Shown: one piece after another, positions 39,139 through 49,500 of the stretch
How positions within the stretch are numbered: position 1 is the stretch's first letter
Layout of the letters: every line of letters starts with the position of its first letter
Assembly (NCBI GenBank): GCA_021823405.1
Contig: JAKAOA010000004.1
Span: 1-53,914 of the forward strand
From: Bacteroidota bacterium
GTDB lineage: Bacteria; Bacteroidota; Bacteroidia; JABEUT01
Reading direction: 5' to 3'
Length of the DNA stretch: 53,914 bases
Notes under the pieces: generated by a model
Told to the model about the DNA's origin: nothing
The model's database searches: none
Seen by the model: the letters and a program-made list of their open reading frames with translations, nothing else
Program-made: the position numbers and the translations under genes

Positions 39139-40119
39139 TTACGCTAAATTAATCTTCTGCATTAATTTCACATTGAAGTATTTCGGGTTAGTCAGCGAAT
39201 CCGGAATGTGTCCGGCTAAAAATTCGCGTTTCAAATCAGCAACGGCATCTTCAATGGTATGGCGCGGTTCGAAGCCGAGTTCCCGTTTTATTTTTTGTGA
39301 TGATATATGGTATGAACGGTGATCGTTTGTAGGCGTGGTGATAATCTTAACCTTATCGCCGATGACATTTTTTACCATCCGGGCAATTTCAGCGACAGTA
39401 TGATTTTCGTACCCTGCATTGAATATTTTCCCCGCGATTTGCTTTGCAGGGAGTTCGAGGAGTACGCAGTAGAGGTCGGTCATATCTTCAATATGGATGT
39501 TCGGACGCTTCTGCTCGCCACCGAATACGGTAATTTCACCTTTGTTAATGGCTAAGTTGGTGAGTATATTTACTGTTAGGTCTAACCGCAGACGGGGGCT
39601 GTATCCGCAAACTGTGGCAGGGCGAATGGTAAGCGTAGTAAAATCGGGACTCTGATATTTTGACAAAATGGTTTCGCACTTTGCTTTAAATTTAGAGTAA
39701 TCGGTAAGCGGTTCCAGCGGCATCTCCTCATTTACATCGGGGCTATCCTTTATTCCATATACGCTGGATGATGAGGCATAGATAAAACGTTCTACTCCGT
39801 TCTCCTTTGCAATTTTAACAAGGGGTTCAAACGCATCAAGGTTAATAGATTTGCCAAGTGAAGGGTTTAATTCAAAACTGGGATCATTGGAGATGCACGC
39901 CAGATGAATAACAGCATTATTGCCGGGTAATAGTTCGTTAAGCAACTTTTGGTCGCGGATATCGCCTTTCACCGCTTTCAGATGCGGGTGCTTAGGCAAA
40001 ACGTCTTCGCCATAAATCATAAGGTCGAGAACGGTTACATGATATCCTTTATTTAGTAATTTTGGAACCAGTATAGCGCCTACATATCCGGCACCCCCTG
40101 TAATAAATATATTCTTCAT
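39139..40119 (-). CDS. NAD-dependent nucleotide-sugar epimerase/oxidoreductase (extended SDR)
   Basis: TGGAGYVG, HLACISNDP, ASSSSVYG, YSKFK, RPATVCG, RPNIHI. Confidence 0.88.
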   Translation of the reverse strand: MKNIFITGGAGYVGAILVPKLLNKGYHVTVLDLMIYGEDVLPKHPHLKAVKGDIRDQKLLNELLPGNNAVIHLACISNDPSFELNPSLGKSINLDAFEPLVKIAKENGVERFIYASSSSVYGIKDSPDVNEEMPLEPLTDYSKFKAKCETILSKYQSPDFTTLTIRPATVCGYSPRLRLDLTVNILTNLAINKGEITVFGGEQKRPNIHIEDMTDLYCVLLELPAKQIAGKIFNAGYENHTVAEIARMVKNVIGDKVKIITTPTNDHRSYHISSQKIKRELGFEPRHTIEDAVADLKREFLAGHIPDSLTNPKYFNVKLMQKINLA

Positions 40120-40306
40120 AGTTGCCTTTTATTAACAAGTAAAAAGGTTTGCAAAGATACACAATAAAGCTATTCGGAACAGGAACTATTGCTTTGGGGG
40201 GTATGGTATGGTTCCCATATTACAGGTTAATGAAGCTTTGAAAATATAAGATACTGCTAAATCTTATTTACATATTATACCGACAATGAATGGATGCCGA
40301 CTACAG

Positions 40307-40332
40307 TTGAACCCGATAGCTATCGGGTTCAA
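40307..40332. repeat. 26-bp perfect palindrome, same family as 1237-1256
   Basis: TTGAACCCGATAGCTATCGGGTTCAA. Confidence 0.9.
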
Positions 40333-40412
40333 AAACAGGTTGGAAAATACTCCAAATAGAACTGGTGATTACCTATTTTAAAATATTGCCTATTTTCGCA
40401 AACCCTAATCAC

Positions 40413-40496
40413 GCCCGGATGGCGGAACAGGTAGACGCGCTGGTCTCAAAAACCAGTTCAGGCAACTGAATGCCGGTTCGATTCCGGCTCCGGGTA
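40413..40496 (+). tRNA. tRNA-Leu (anticodon CAA)
   Basis: GCCCGGA/TCCGGGT acceptor stem, CTGGT-CTCAAAA-ACCAG anticodon arm, long variable arm, GGTTCGATTCC. Confidence 0.95.
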
Positions 40497-41658
40497 CTTT
40501 GATAATCAATGGCTTGAGAGCCCACTGTCTATGGGCGACCACCGCCAGAAAAACGCAGGTGTGCAATATTTTTTTCTTTTGGGGTTCCGGTTTTGGCTGT
40601 AAGAAATGAACGAAGTATCTGGTTAGACTGGGCTGCGCTAAGTCAGGGCGGAAAGGGAAAGAATTAAATTTTTAACCATTAAAAAAAGAAAAGAGGAGTA
40701 CCAAAAACTGAAAGCAAAAAAGCCAATTATGAATTTATCCATAACTTCGTAATCATTGATTAAAACTCCACCTAAGAGTAAATGCTAAACTGTCTAAATT
40801 ATGCTGAAGACATACAGTCAGACGATAAAGCAAGCATCGTGACTTTAACTAATTCCTGTACTATAATGAGGCTAACTATTTTACACCGGATTTTTAGATT
40901 TTCTCTGGATTTTCAACAATCTTTCTTGCTATTAACCCATACCATTAGAGTATTCTTCGCAATCCTTTTATTCCCCATCGTTCCCATAGTGTCATATGGC
41001 CAAAACCACATTGAAGTTAACGAATTCTATGAAGGCATGAAAACGGGCACCTTGTATGATTCTGGTGGGGTTGCAATTTTTATAGACGAGGAAGAGTACG
41101 ATGGATGCCCTGATTTAGGTATTGAAATTTATAGTTGCGGATTTACATTTAGGAATTTCAATCCATATCCCATAGTTCTGAAAACTTACAAATTGTATGC
41201 GGAAGTAATTGAAACGCAAGGTGGCCATATCGCATGTAATTTACGCTCTGGTAGTTTCATGTCAGTAGGAAATATGGACACAATTCAAGCACAATCAAAG
41301 AAAACAATAACAATTTATGGAGAAAATACAGATAATAGTGATGCATGCAGATTTAAGGTAATATTTGACGGGTTCATACCATTGAAATACCATTAGGTCT
41401 GTCATTTTCTTTGATTTAAAAGATTAACTTGGCACCAATTTGTTCCTTTATTCTTTTCAAAGTGTCTAATTTTGAGTGAATTACGAGTTTAAGTGATTTG
41501 CCACGATTGGGATACCATAAGCGATGTGGTTCTATTGCAATGGATTTCGTCTTATCCTATTTTGTATTTTTGATTACCGTCTTCAGGTCCCATAGAACCT
41601 TCAAACCCCTGTAAATATGGTTCAATCTGTATCCCGTAAGGGGTACTTTGATAATCAA
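40492..41658. mobile_element. Putative tRNA-Leu-integrated islet remnant bounded by 18-bp direct repeats
   Basis: GGGTACTTTGATAATCAA at 40492-40509 (overlapping the tRNA 3' end) and 41641-41658; no integrase between them. Confidence 0.5.
40782..41396 (+). CDS. Hypothetical, probably exported protein (true start uncertain, likely downstream)
   Basis: 204-aa ORF with a hydrophobic stretch ending SYGQ, then a beta-rich region with four Cys. Confidence 0.5.
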   Translation: MLNCLNYAEDIQSDDKASIVTLTNSCTIMRLTILHRIFRFSLDFQQSFLLLTHTIRVFFAILLFPIVPIVSYGQNHIEVNEFYEGMKTGTLYDSGGVAIFIDEEEYDGCPDLGIEIYSCGFTFRNFNPYPIVLKTYKLYAEVIETQGGHIACNLRSGSFMSVGNMDTIQAQSKKTITIYGENTDNSDACRFKVIFDGFIPLKYH

Positions 41659-41806
41659 GAATTTGCGAGCCCAACGCTTTAGACGCATCCGCATAATTGT
41701 TTGAGCAGTTTTCGAGCGGAATTGTGGAAGCGCAGCTACAGAAGAAGGCAGCGGTGATGGCGACAAGAATTAATTGTTTTGTTTTGAATAAAGGATTCCT
41801 TTTCAT
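41552..41806 (-). CDS. Short putative lipoprotein or gene fragment
   Basis: Basic N-terminus, hydrophobic core, FCSC lipobox-like motif; reads through the 18-bp repeat. Confidence 0.4.
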   Translation of the reverse strand: MKRNPLFKTKQLILVAITAAFFCSCASTIPLENCSNNYADASKALGSQILDYQSTPYGIQIEPYLQGFEGSMGPEDGNQKYKIG

Positions 41807-41907
41807 AGTGTTTAATCTTTCAATTGAGCTGCAGAAACACGCAAAGGTTTAATATTTCGTTTAGTGGCAGAACAGTTTCCTCTCAAATTCATAATTGTTA
41901 ATAACTT

Positions 41908-41957
41908 ATTTATCATTATATGTATTATGTAACATATAATGTATATATTTGCATTCT
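41908..41957 (+). promoter_or_regulatory. Dispersed promoter-like element, copy B
   Basis: 43/50 identity to 1031-1080; TATATTTG at 41944-41951. Confidence 0.7.
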
Positions 41958-42038
41958 GTAACTATGAACTATGAGTGATAAGCTAAGAACGATAAGAGAG
42001 AGCGATGAATTATAAGGTAAATAACTAAAAAGTATAAA

Positions 42039-42338
42039 ATGATTTTGGCAAGAGGGCAGTCGGTAAAAATTGGTTTAGGGGTTTACCCGGTTGTGGTATC
42101 CGTTTTGCAACGCGGTAGGGGATTAAACTTTACCAAATTATCAGAACAAAACAGAAATTTGGACACTTTTTACCCCGAACCTGTGCCATTGTGTGCCATT
42201 TTTAACCACACACGATATATGAAAGCGGATATGAAAATAACAAATTTGGACACTTTTTATAGGGAACCTGTGCCATTGTGTGCAATTTTTCAGGAGAATA
42301 GTCAAAGCGATGAGAACACCTTAACCCTAATTCCGTGA
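42039..42338 (+). other. Short ORF (99 aa) of doubtful coding status with an in-frame internal duplication
   Basis: NLDTFYxEPVPLCAIF occurs twice; start context matches that of 1135. Confidence 0.3.
42155..42290. repeat. 49-bp direct repeat, 87-bp period
   Basis: 42155-42203 and 42242-42290 match 44/49. Confidence 0.88.
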
Positions 42339-42421
42339 TGCGTTTTATTAACACCTTGCGTTTCAAAATTTCCCTGTTTCGGGTGACCTGAAAGAGTAAG
42401 CCCGTTATAACTTTGTTTTCA

Positions 42422-42979
42422 ATGAGGAAGAGATTATATCCGTTGATTTATATATGCCTTGCATTGTATCTTTTTCTGCTAAGTTCATGCAGCGGTAACC
42501 GTAGGATTACAAAGACCGAACCGCCTGTCCGCCGTAATAACGAAAAGGAGCTTAAGGAGAAATATGCCAGTTTGTTACAGGTTCCTGCCGGAAGCATATC
42601 GAACTATGCCCTCTATTCATTTATAGATGAATGGTATGGGACACCATACAAATATGCAGGGCGCTCCAGAGCAGGGATAGATTGTTCGGACTTTGTTTCA
42701 TTGCTCTACGAAAAGGCATTCGGTATGAATATTTCAGGCACAAGTTCCGATATGTTTGAACATTGCAAACCCATTAAGGAATCGGACCTAAAAGAAGGCG
42801 ACCTGGTTTTTTTCAGAATAAACAGTAAGCATATATCGCATGTAGGCGTTTACCTGCAAAACAACAGGTTTGTGCATGCAAGCGTACATGCCGGGGTAGT
42901 AATATCACAACTTGATGAGCCCTACTATAAAAAATACTTCTATAAAGGAGGGAAGGTGGTGAAGAATAACGCTCCATAA
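42422..42979 (+). CDS. NlpC/P60 (C40) lipoprotein peptidase
   Basis: Lipobox LSSC, GTPYKY, GIDCS, GDLVFF, HVGVY, FVHAS; TAACTTTG at 42408-42415. Confidence 0.92.
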   Translation: MRKRLYPLIYICLALYLFLLSSCSGNRRITKTEPPVRRNNEKELKEKYASLLQVPAGSISNYALYSFIDEWYGTPYKYAGRSRAGIDCSDFVSLLYEKAFGMNISGTSSDMFEHCKPIKESDLKEGDLVFFRINSKHISHVGVYLQNNRFVHASVHAGVVISQLDEPYYKKYFYKGGKVVKNNAP

Positions 42980-42995
42980 TTCAATTTGTCAGCTG

Positions 42996-45227
42996 TTACT
43001 CGCCTAACTCTTTCTCCAGGGCGTTATTGTAGGTTGCTTTTAATTCTTCAATTGTTCCGAACGACTCTTCATCAATTACGGCTTCGTTGCCTATTACTAT
43101 GCCCAGCAAACTGAACTCCGTATCCGTATTCATCATGAATTCCAGAAAGGCATCTTCACTATTCTTGCTAACCGAAACCACGACCCTGCTTTGCGCTTCA
43201 CCGAAGAGAAATGCATCCTTTCGTATAGTACTGTCGCATGTTATATCGAAGCCAAGGTCCCCCGGTATTGCCGATTCTATGAGGGTTGTAATCAATCCTC
43301 CATCGGAACAATCGTGTGCCGAAACAATAAGCCCATTCTTAACCAGACCCTTCACCGTTGTTTGTACGTCAAATTCCTCCTCAAGGTTAAAATGAGGCGC
43401 CGGTGATGCCTTAATCTTATGATATGAATAAAGGTATTCTGAACAGTTTATATCCTCTTTTGATTCGCCGATAAGATATATCAGGTCGCCTTCTTCCTTA
43501 AATTCAAGTGTCATCGATTTATGTTTATCCTTTAATATCCCAAGCATCCCTATTGCAGGTGTGGGGAATACAGGACCTTCATAAGATGATTGATTATAGA
43601 AACTAACGTTGCCTCCGGTTACCGGTGTTTTAAACATACGACAAGCCTCACCAATACCCAGGATTGCCTGCTCAAATTGCCAGTAAACTTCAGGATTATA
43701 TGGGTTGCCGAAGTTCAGGCAATTGGTGATGGCACAGGGTTCGGCTCCGGAGCAAACGATATTTCTCGCCGCTTCCGCTACTGCGATAGCAGCCCCAGTT
43801 CGAGGGTCTGCATAAACAAAGCGTGCATTACAATCAACTTTAAGCGCCAGAGCGGCATTGCTTTTCTTTACGTCGATAATTGCGGCATCCGATTGACAAT
43901 TTGCACGCATATTTACGGTACCTACCATGGAGTCATATTGATTATAAACCCATCTTTTCGAAGCGATATTCGGATGGGAGATAAGAAATTTGGCTACAGT
44001 TTTATAATCCGATGGTTCATTAACGGAATCTAAATGAAACTTGCGATATTCCTTAAAATATGCCGGCTCTTTAACCTCGCGCTTATATACAGGAGCTCCG
44101 CCTCCCAAGACAAGAGATTCCGCCGGAACATCGGCAACAAGTTCACCATTCATATAGTAGTGCAGCCGGTCGCCATCGGTGACTTTACCTATTATCGCAT
44201 ATTTCAGGTCCCATTTATCGAGTATCGTTTCCACTTCTTTTTCCCTGCCTTTTTGCACAATAACCAACATCCGTTCCTGTGATTCTGATAACAGTATCTC
44301 AAATGGCTGCATGTTCTGCTGCCGAAGCGGTACTTTATCAAGGTGGATTATCATGCCGCTCTCTCCTTTTGCCGACATTTCGGAAGTAGAGCAAGTAATT
44401 CCGGCAGCGCCCATATCCTGCATGCCTATTACCGCCCCGGTTTCGATAATTTCAAGTGACGCTTCAAGCAATAATTTTTCCATGAAAGGGTCGCCCACCT
44501 GAACAGAGGGTAAGTCATCTGCGGAATCTTCGGTTAGGTCGGCAGAAGCAAAGGTGGCACCGTGAATGCCGTCCTTCCCGGTATAGGAACCGATGATATA
44601 AATCGGATTGCCTTCTCCTTTGGCAATGGCCGAAACTGATTTTCCGATTTTAACTATCCCAGCCGACATTGCATTTACCAGTGGATTTACATTATAGCAA
44701 TCATCGAAAAATACCTCGCCACCTACGGTAGGCACTCCGAAGGCGTTACCATAATCGCCAATGCCTTTAACAATGCCCTTCATAAGCCATTTGGTACGCT
44801 CATTGCTTAAATTGCCAAAGCGAAGGGAATTAAGCTGTGCAACAGGACGCGCTCCCATTGTAAATATATCGCGGTTTATGCCGCCTACGCCGGTAGCTGC
44901 GCCCTGATATGGTTCAACGGCTGAAGGATGGTTGTGTGATTCTATCTTAAAAGCGCAGGCATATCCCTCGCCAATATCCACCAATCCTGCATTTTCCTCA
45001 CCTGCTTTTGCCAGCAGATGCGGACCTTCCCGTGGAAGTGTTTTAATAAGGGCAATTGAGTTTTTGTATGAACAATGCTCACTCCACATTACTGAATAAA
45101 TGCTCAATTCGGTAAAATTGGGCGTTCTTCCCAAAATCATCTTCACTTTCGCAAATTCTTCTGCCGATAATCCCAATTGTTTCGCAGTAATTTCGGTAAC
45201 TTCCTCCGTTTTTTCTTTCACATCCAT
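42996..45227 (-). CDS. purL: Phosphoribosylformylglycinamidine synthase subunit PurL (small type)
   Basis: [48 protein letters not shown]; about 743 aa with no glutaminase domain. Confidence 0.96.
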   Translation of the reverse strand: MDVKEKTEEVTEITAKQLGLSAEEFAKVKMILGRTPNFTELSIYSVMWSEHCSYKNSIALIKTLPREGPHLLAKAGEENAGLVDIGEGYACAFKIESHNHPSAVEPYQGAATGVGGINRDIFTMGARPVAQLNSLRFGNLSNERTKWLMKGIVKGIGDYGNAFGVPTVGGEVFFDDCYNVNPLVNAMSAGIVKIGKSVSAIAKGEGNPIYIIGSYTGKDGIHGATFASADLTEDSADDLPSVQVGDPFMEKLLLEASLEIIETGAVIGMQDMGAAGITCSTSEMSAKGESGMIIHLDKVPLRQQNMQPFEILLSESQERMLVIVQKGREKEVETILDKWDLKYAIIGKVTDGDRLHYYMNGELVADVPAESLVLGGGAPVYKREVKEPAYFKEYRKFHLDSVNEPSDYKTVAKFLISHPNIASKRWVYNQYDSMVGTVNMRANCQSDAAIIDVKKSNAALALKVDCNARFVYADPRTGAAIAVAEAARNIVCSGAEPCAITNCLNFGNPYNPEVYWQFEQAILGIGEACRMFKTPVTGGNVSFYNQSSYEGPVFPTPAIGMLGILKDKHKSMTLEFKEEGDLIYLIGESKEDINCSEYLYSYHKIKASPAPHFNLEEEFDVQTTVKGLVKNGLIVSAHDCSDGGLITTLIESAIPGDLGFDITCDSTIRKDAFLFGEAQSRVVVSVSKNSEDAFLEFMMNTDTEFSLLGIVIGNEAVIDEESFGTIEELKATYNNALEKELGE

Positions 45228-45669
45228 TTGCACAATAATTTGTTATCTTAAAAGCATTTTGTTTTAGCGTTAAATACTGGTTGTCAATATATATTAATAG
45301 AATTGAATGATTATATGGGAAAATTTAATTTCAGGTTCTAACAGAGACGAATTCAGCCGTAAATTTACGTTTACTTTTAGATATACAATACAATAATTTT
45401 AGATAATTTACCGTTGTCCTGATATAAATATCAGTATCAAACTGCATTGTTTTCTCTTTAATACTTATCTTTGATTTATTTATACCGCTAGTAAGTGATT
45501 TTGTGAAAGTATACTGCCCTTAGAGATATTTTGCCTTGCACCAACGTTCTAACTAAGACGGCATGAAGTCGTAAAATCAAATTCAGGCAGCGTATTGTAT
45601 GCAATTTCCTAAATGATATTATATATTTTATGTTTTATTGTAAATTTTAGCTAAAAGGCATAGGTTGGT

Positions 45670-46365
45670 ATGAAAATAAAGATTACTGCCGAATTACGGA
45701 AAACGTTGCGATTGCTCATTTTCTTTTCCGGAATAATAGTTATCTCGCAATGTAATACGTCGAATAAAGTCGCCTCGTCTTTCGATAAAAGAAAATATAC
45801 GCCCGGTCATTTTAGCGACCTGACTGCAAAAGTGAACGATATTTCCACTCCTTCCGGTACTGCCGGCAGCATTCAAAGTATGGATGAATCTGTCATAAAT
45901 CAAGACGGTAATAAACCCCCTTCTGCCGACATTACAAATTTGGACAAGAAGGATATGACCCGTACTTCGCCTGTTATTCCTCAATTTATAATCGCAATCC
46001 AGAAGAGGTTAGGCATGAATTTTTTAATAAATGGCGCGGAGGTAAATTCAAAAAGCGCCAATTCCACACTTAAAGCAAGCGCTTCATCACAGCTGCTGAC
46101 TCCTCACGACCCCCATGATGACTATAGTCGGGGTGGTAATCATATAAACGGGAACGCTAATTCATACTTAACCGCCTGGCTGGTTTGTCTTGGTGTTGCT
46201 CTAATTTGCTGGCTTCTATTACTTTCATGGATAAATCAAAGTATTAACGGTACAACTAACACGAACTATGGTTCGGGTTGCGCTTTTTTGTTAATCGGCG
46301 CCTTAGCATCAATCGCCGCAGTTGTTCTGTTTATCCTCTGGATCGTAGCGCTGGCATCCAATTGA
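45670..46365 (+). CDS. Hypothetical membrane protein (signal or lipoprotein-like N-terminus, two C-terminal TM helices)
   Basis: N-terminal hydrophobic segment followed by Cys, low-complexity middle, two hydrophobic helices at the end. Confidence 0.65.
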   Translation: MKIKITAELRKTLRLLIFFSGIIVISQCNTSNKVASSFDKRKYTPGHFSDLTAKVNDISTPSGTAGSIQSMDESVINQDGNKPPSADITNLDKKDMTRTSPVIPQFIIAIQKRLGMNFLINGAEVNSKSANSTLKASASSQLLTPHDPHDDYSRGGNHINGNANSYLTAWLVCLGVALICWLLLLSWINQSINGTTNTNYGSGCAFLLIGALASIAAVVLFILWIVALASN

Positions 46366-46564
46366 ATCGAATATCGCTATTTATTGCTTATTTTTATTCC
46401 TGATATAAAGGCGTGCAACAAGTGTAAATCGGCTTGCTTATCTAAACGGATAAAACCCGCTATTCTAAATCATTCATGCAACTGCCGAACCCTTATTCAT
46501 GTTATATATCACTGCTGACTGAAGGCATAGATTTGCTAAATTTGTATACTGGTTCCCCTAAGAA

Positions 46565-49500
46565 ATGAAAAAAATCATCCGGTATTTATTAGTTCTATTG
46601 ATTCTTATAACTGCTATAATTGCCGTTTTATACCTATCTCTATCCTCAATAGTAAGATATGAAATCAAAAAGAATTCAGTAGCGTGGACCGGTCGCAAGA
46701 TCGACATTAACAAATTAAACTTAGACCTGCGCCATGGGATAATAGATATGAGAGATGTTAAAATTTATGAAGCCGGAAGCGACAGTTTGTTCGTGGACTG
46801 TAAGGATATTTACGTAAAAATGAACTTACGGCAATTATTAAAAAAAAGATATGAAATTAACTGCATTAAAATTGATTCCTCTGTGATACATATAGAACAG
46901 AGCGGCAATAAATTCAGTTTCGACGATATTATCAAACGTTTCTCTTCAGATAAGAAGGATACTGCCAAAAGCCCTGTAGTACAATATTATATCGATAGTA
47001 TTGCAATAAGGGACGGAGCGATAGTTTATAATAACCTGCCAATTCATAACATATTCCGAATTAACGACCTTAATCTTAATATTCCTGAATTTGACTGGGA
47101 TAAGCCCGAGAGCAAACTTCATCTTGATTTTAAATATGGTAAAGACGGCGGACTCTTTACATTTGACCTGGATGCGAATAGAAAAACATTAAATTATAAT
47201 CTTTCGCTATTTATTGATAAATACGATATAAGCCAATATTACGCACCCATTAAAACCATTCTGAATATAGCATCCGTAAGCGGTAAGCTAACTGCCAAAC
47301 TTCGGATACACGGCAAGTTCAACGAGCCGGAGGATATGTCGTTTCACGGCTATCTCGACCTGAATAATGTTGAATTAACAGATTTATATAGCCGAAGATT
47401 CTTTGCCGTACGCGAGCTTTCGCTCGATGTGGATTCAGTTGACCCCCGACATAACCATTTTGACGTGAATCATTTCATATTAGATGATCCTTCCGTAGTG
47501 TATGAAGCTAATAAAGAAGGGAGCAATTTCAGTAACTTAATCAGGCGCAATAATGAAGTTGCTAAGTCGCAACCAGTCGAAGACAAAGGCAAGGGAAAGA
47601 TTGATTATTCTAATATTTTCACGATGATACAATCAAGTGCGAAGGCGATGGCAATCGATTTTTTGCATACCAATTACCATGCCGACAGTATAGCAATACG
47701 CAATGGTACAGTCATTATAAATGATAATACAGCAAATAATAAATTTCATTACAGTATAACAAGATTTAACCTTGTAACCAGTGAGATAAACGATTTAAAC
47801 GAAGGGGTGTTATTTCATGCATCGGCAAAATTGGGTGACAGCGGCAGGTTCATAATGAAAGCAAATCTGAATTTTAACCCTAAGACAAAAAAAATAGAAA
47901 CTAAAGTTGATTCACTTAAGTTTCTGAATATCTCGCCCATAGCCAATTATATACTTAAGGAGTATAGCATGAAATTGATTGGAAGAAAAGTAACCGTGGG
48001 CAGAGTAAATTTAATAGTAAGCAGGGGTGGTATTTTCATTAAGGATTTAAAAATATACGAACCGGACGGTAAAACACTATTCTTCGCTTGTCATTATGTT
48101 TTCGTGAAGATAGACATTTCGCAACTATTGGAAAATAAATATCAGATTGAAAAAATTAAAATAGATAAACCCAAATTGCACATCGTTCAGAATGGTAATA
48201 AGTTCAACTATGATGATATATTACAACGCTTTGCATCTGATTCAAGTAAAAAGAACGATACGACACGTTCCTTTGTGTTTCATTATAGCGTGGACAGTAT
48301 TATGATTGATGGTGCGACAGTCGCCTATACCAATATACCTATGCACCGAACCCTTATGATAACAGACCTCAACTTCCTGCTACCTCAAATAAGTTGGAAC
48401 AATTCGCTTCTTCTGCCGCATCTCGATTTCAGGTTTGGCGCCAATGGTAACGTAAATCTTAATATGGATATTAACCGGAACACTTCTCGTTACCATTCCT
48501 CACTTAATATTAATGATATTGATTTAAGTCAATACTATGCACCGTTGAAGAAATACCTGAATATAACATCGCTCAAAGGTACGTTGTCCGCCTCACTCCG
48601 TTTGCACGGGAAACTGAAAAATCCTGCCTATTTTGCCACATCGGGCAGTGTGGAAATTAAGAATCTGGGAATAACTGATACAGCGAACAGAAAAGTGTTC
48701 GGGCTTGGTGAGTTGAAGATTAATATTGACACCATAAATGTAAAGGATAAGATGTATTATGTGCGGAACATAACATTAAGGAAGCCGTTCATGGTATTTG
48801 ACTACTATACCGAAGGAAATAATTTAAGTAACATGATTTTGAATAATCAATCGGCGTCACCGTCAAAAGGCGGCAATGCTTCGGGACCCGATTATTCAAA
48901 CATCTTTACCCTGCTTACCTCTTCTTTAAATATGCTGGCGGGTGATTTCTTCAATACCGATTTCCATACGGATAGTTTATTAATAGAAAAAGGAGAAGTA
49001 ATTTACAGCGACTATACCCTCAAAAGAGATTTTCATTACGATATATCGGATCTCAATCTTTCCACAGATGAAATAAGCAATTCAAACAACAGTATCAGTT
49101 TCAAAACGTCAGCCCGATTGAATAATTCCGGTACATTCAAACTACAGGCAAACATCGGCTTTCATCTTAAGAATATGCTTTTTGATTATGATGTTTCTAA
49201 TCTTCGTCTGACTGACATCAACCCATATATGGAATACTATACCGGCGTGCCTTTTGTTGAAGGTTATTTAGATTATCATAGCACAGATTCAGTAGTGAAC
49301 CGATATCTGAAAAGTAACAATCAAATCCACATCAAAGGGATAGAGATGGGAAAGAAACTTGACGATAATCCCCAGTATCATCTACCGGTTCGGTTCGCCG
49401 TATCATTGCTAAAAAATGATAAGGACGATATTAATCTTCAAATACCGGCAAGCGGAAACCTAGACGACCCGAACTATAAAATTGGACGTCTTGTCGGGCG

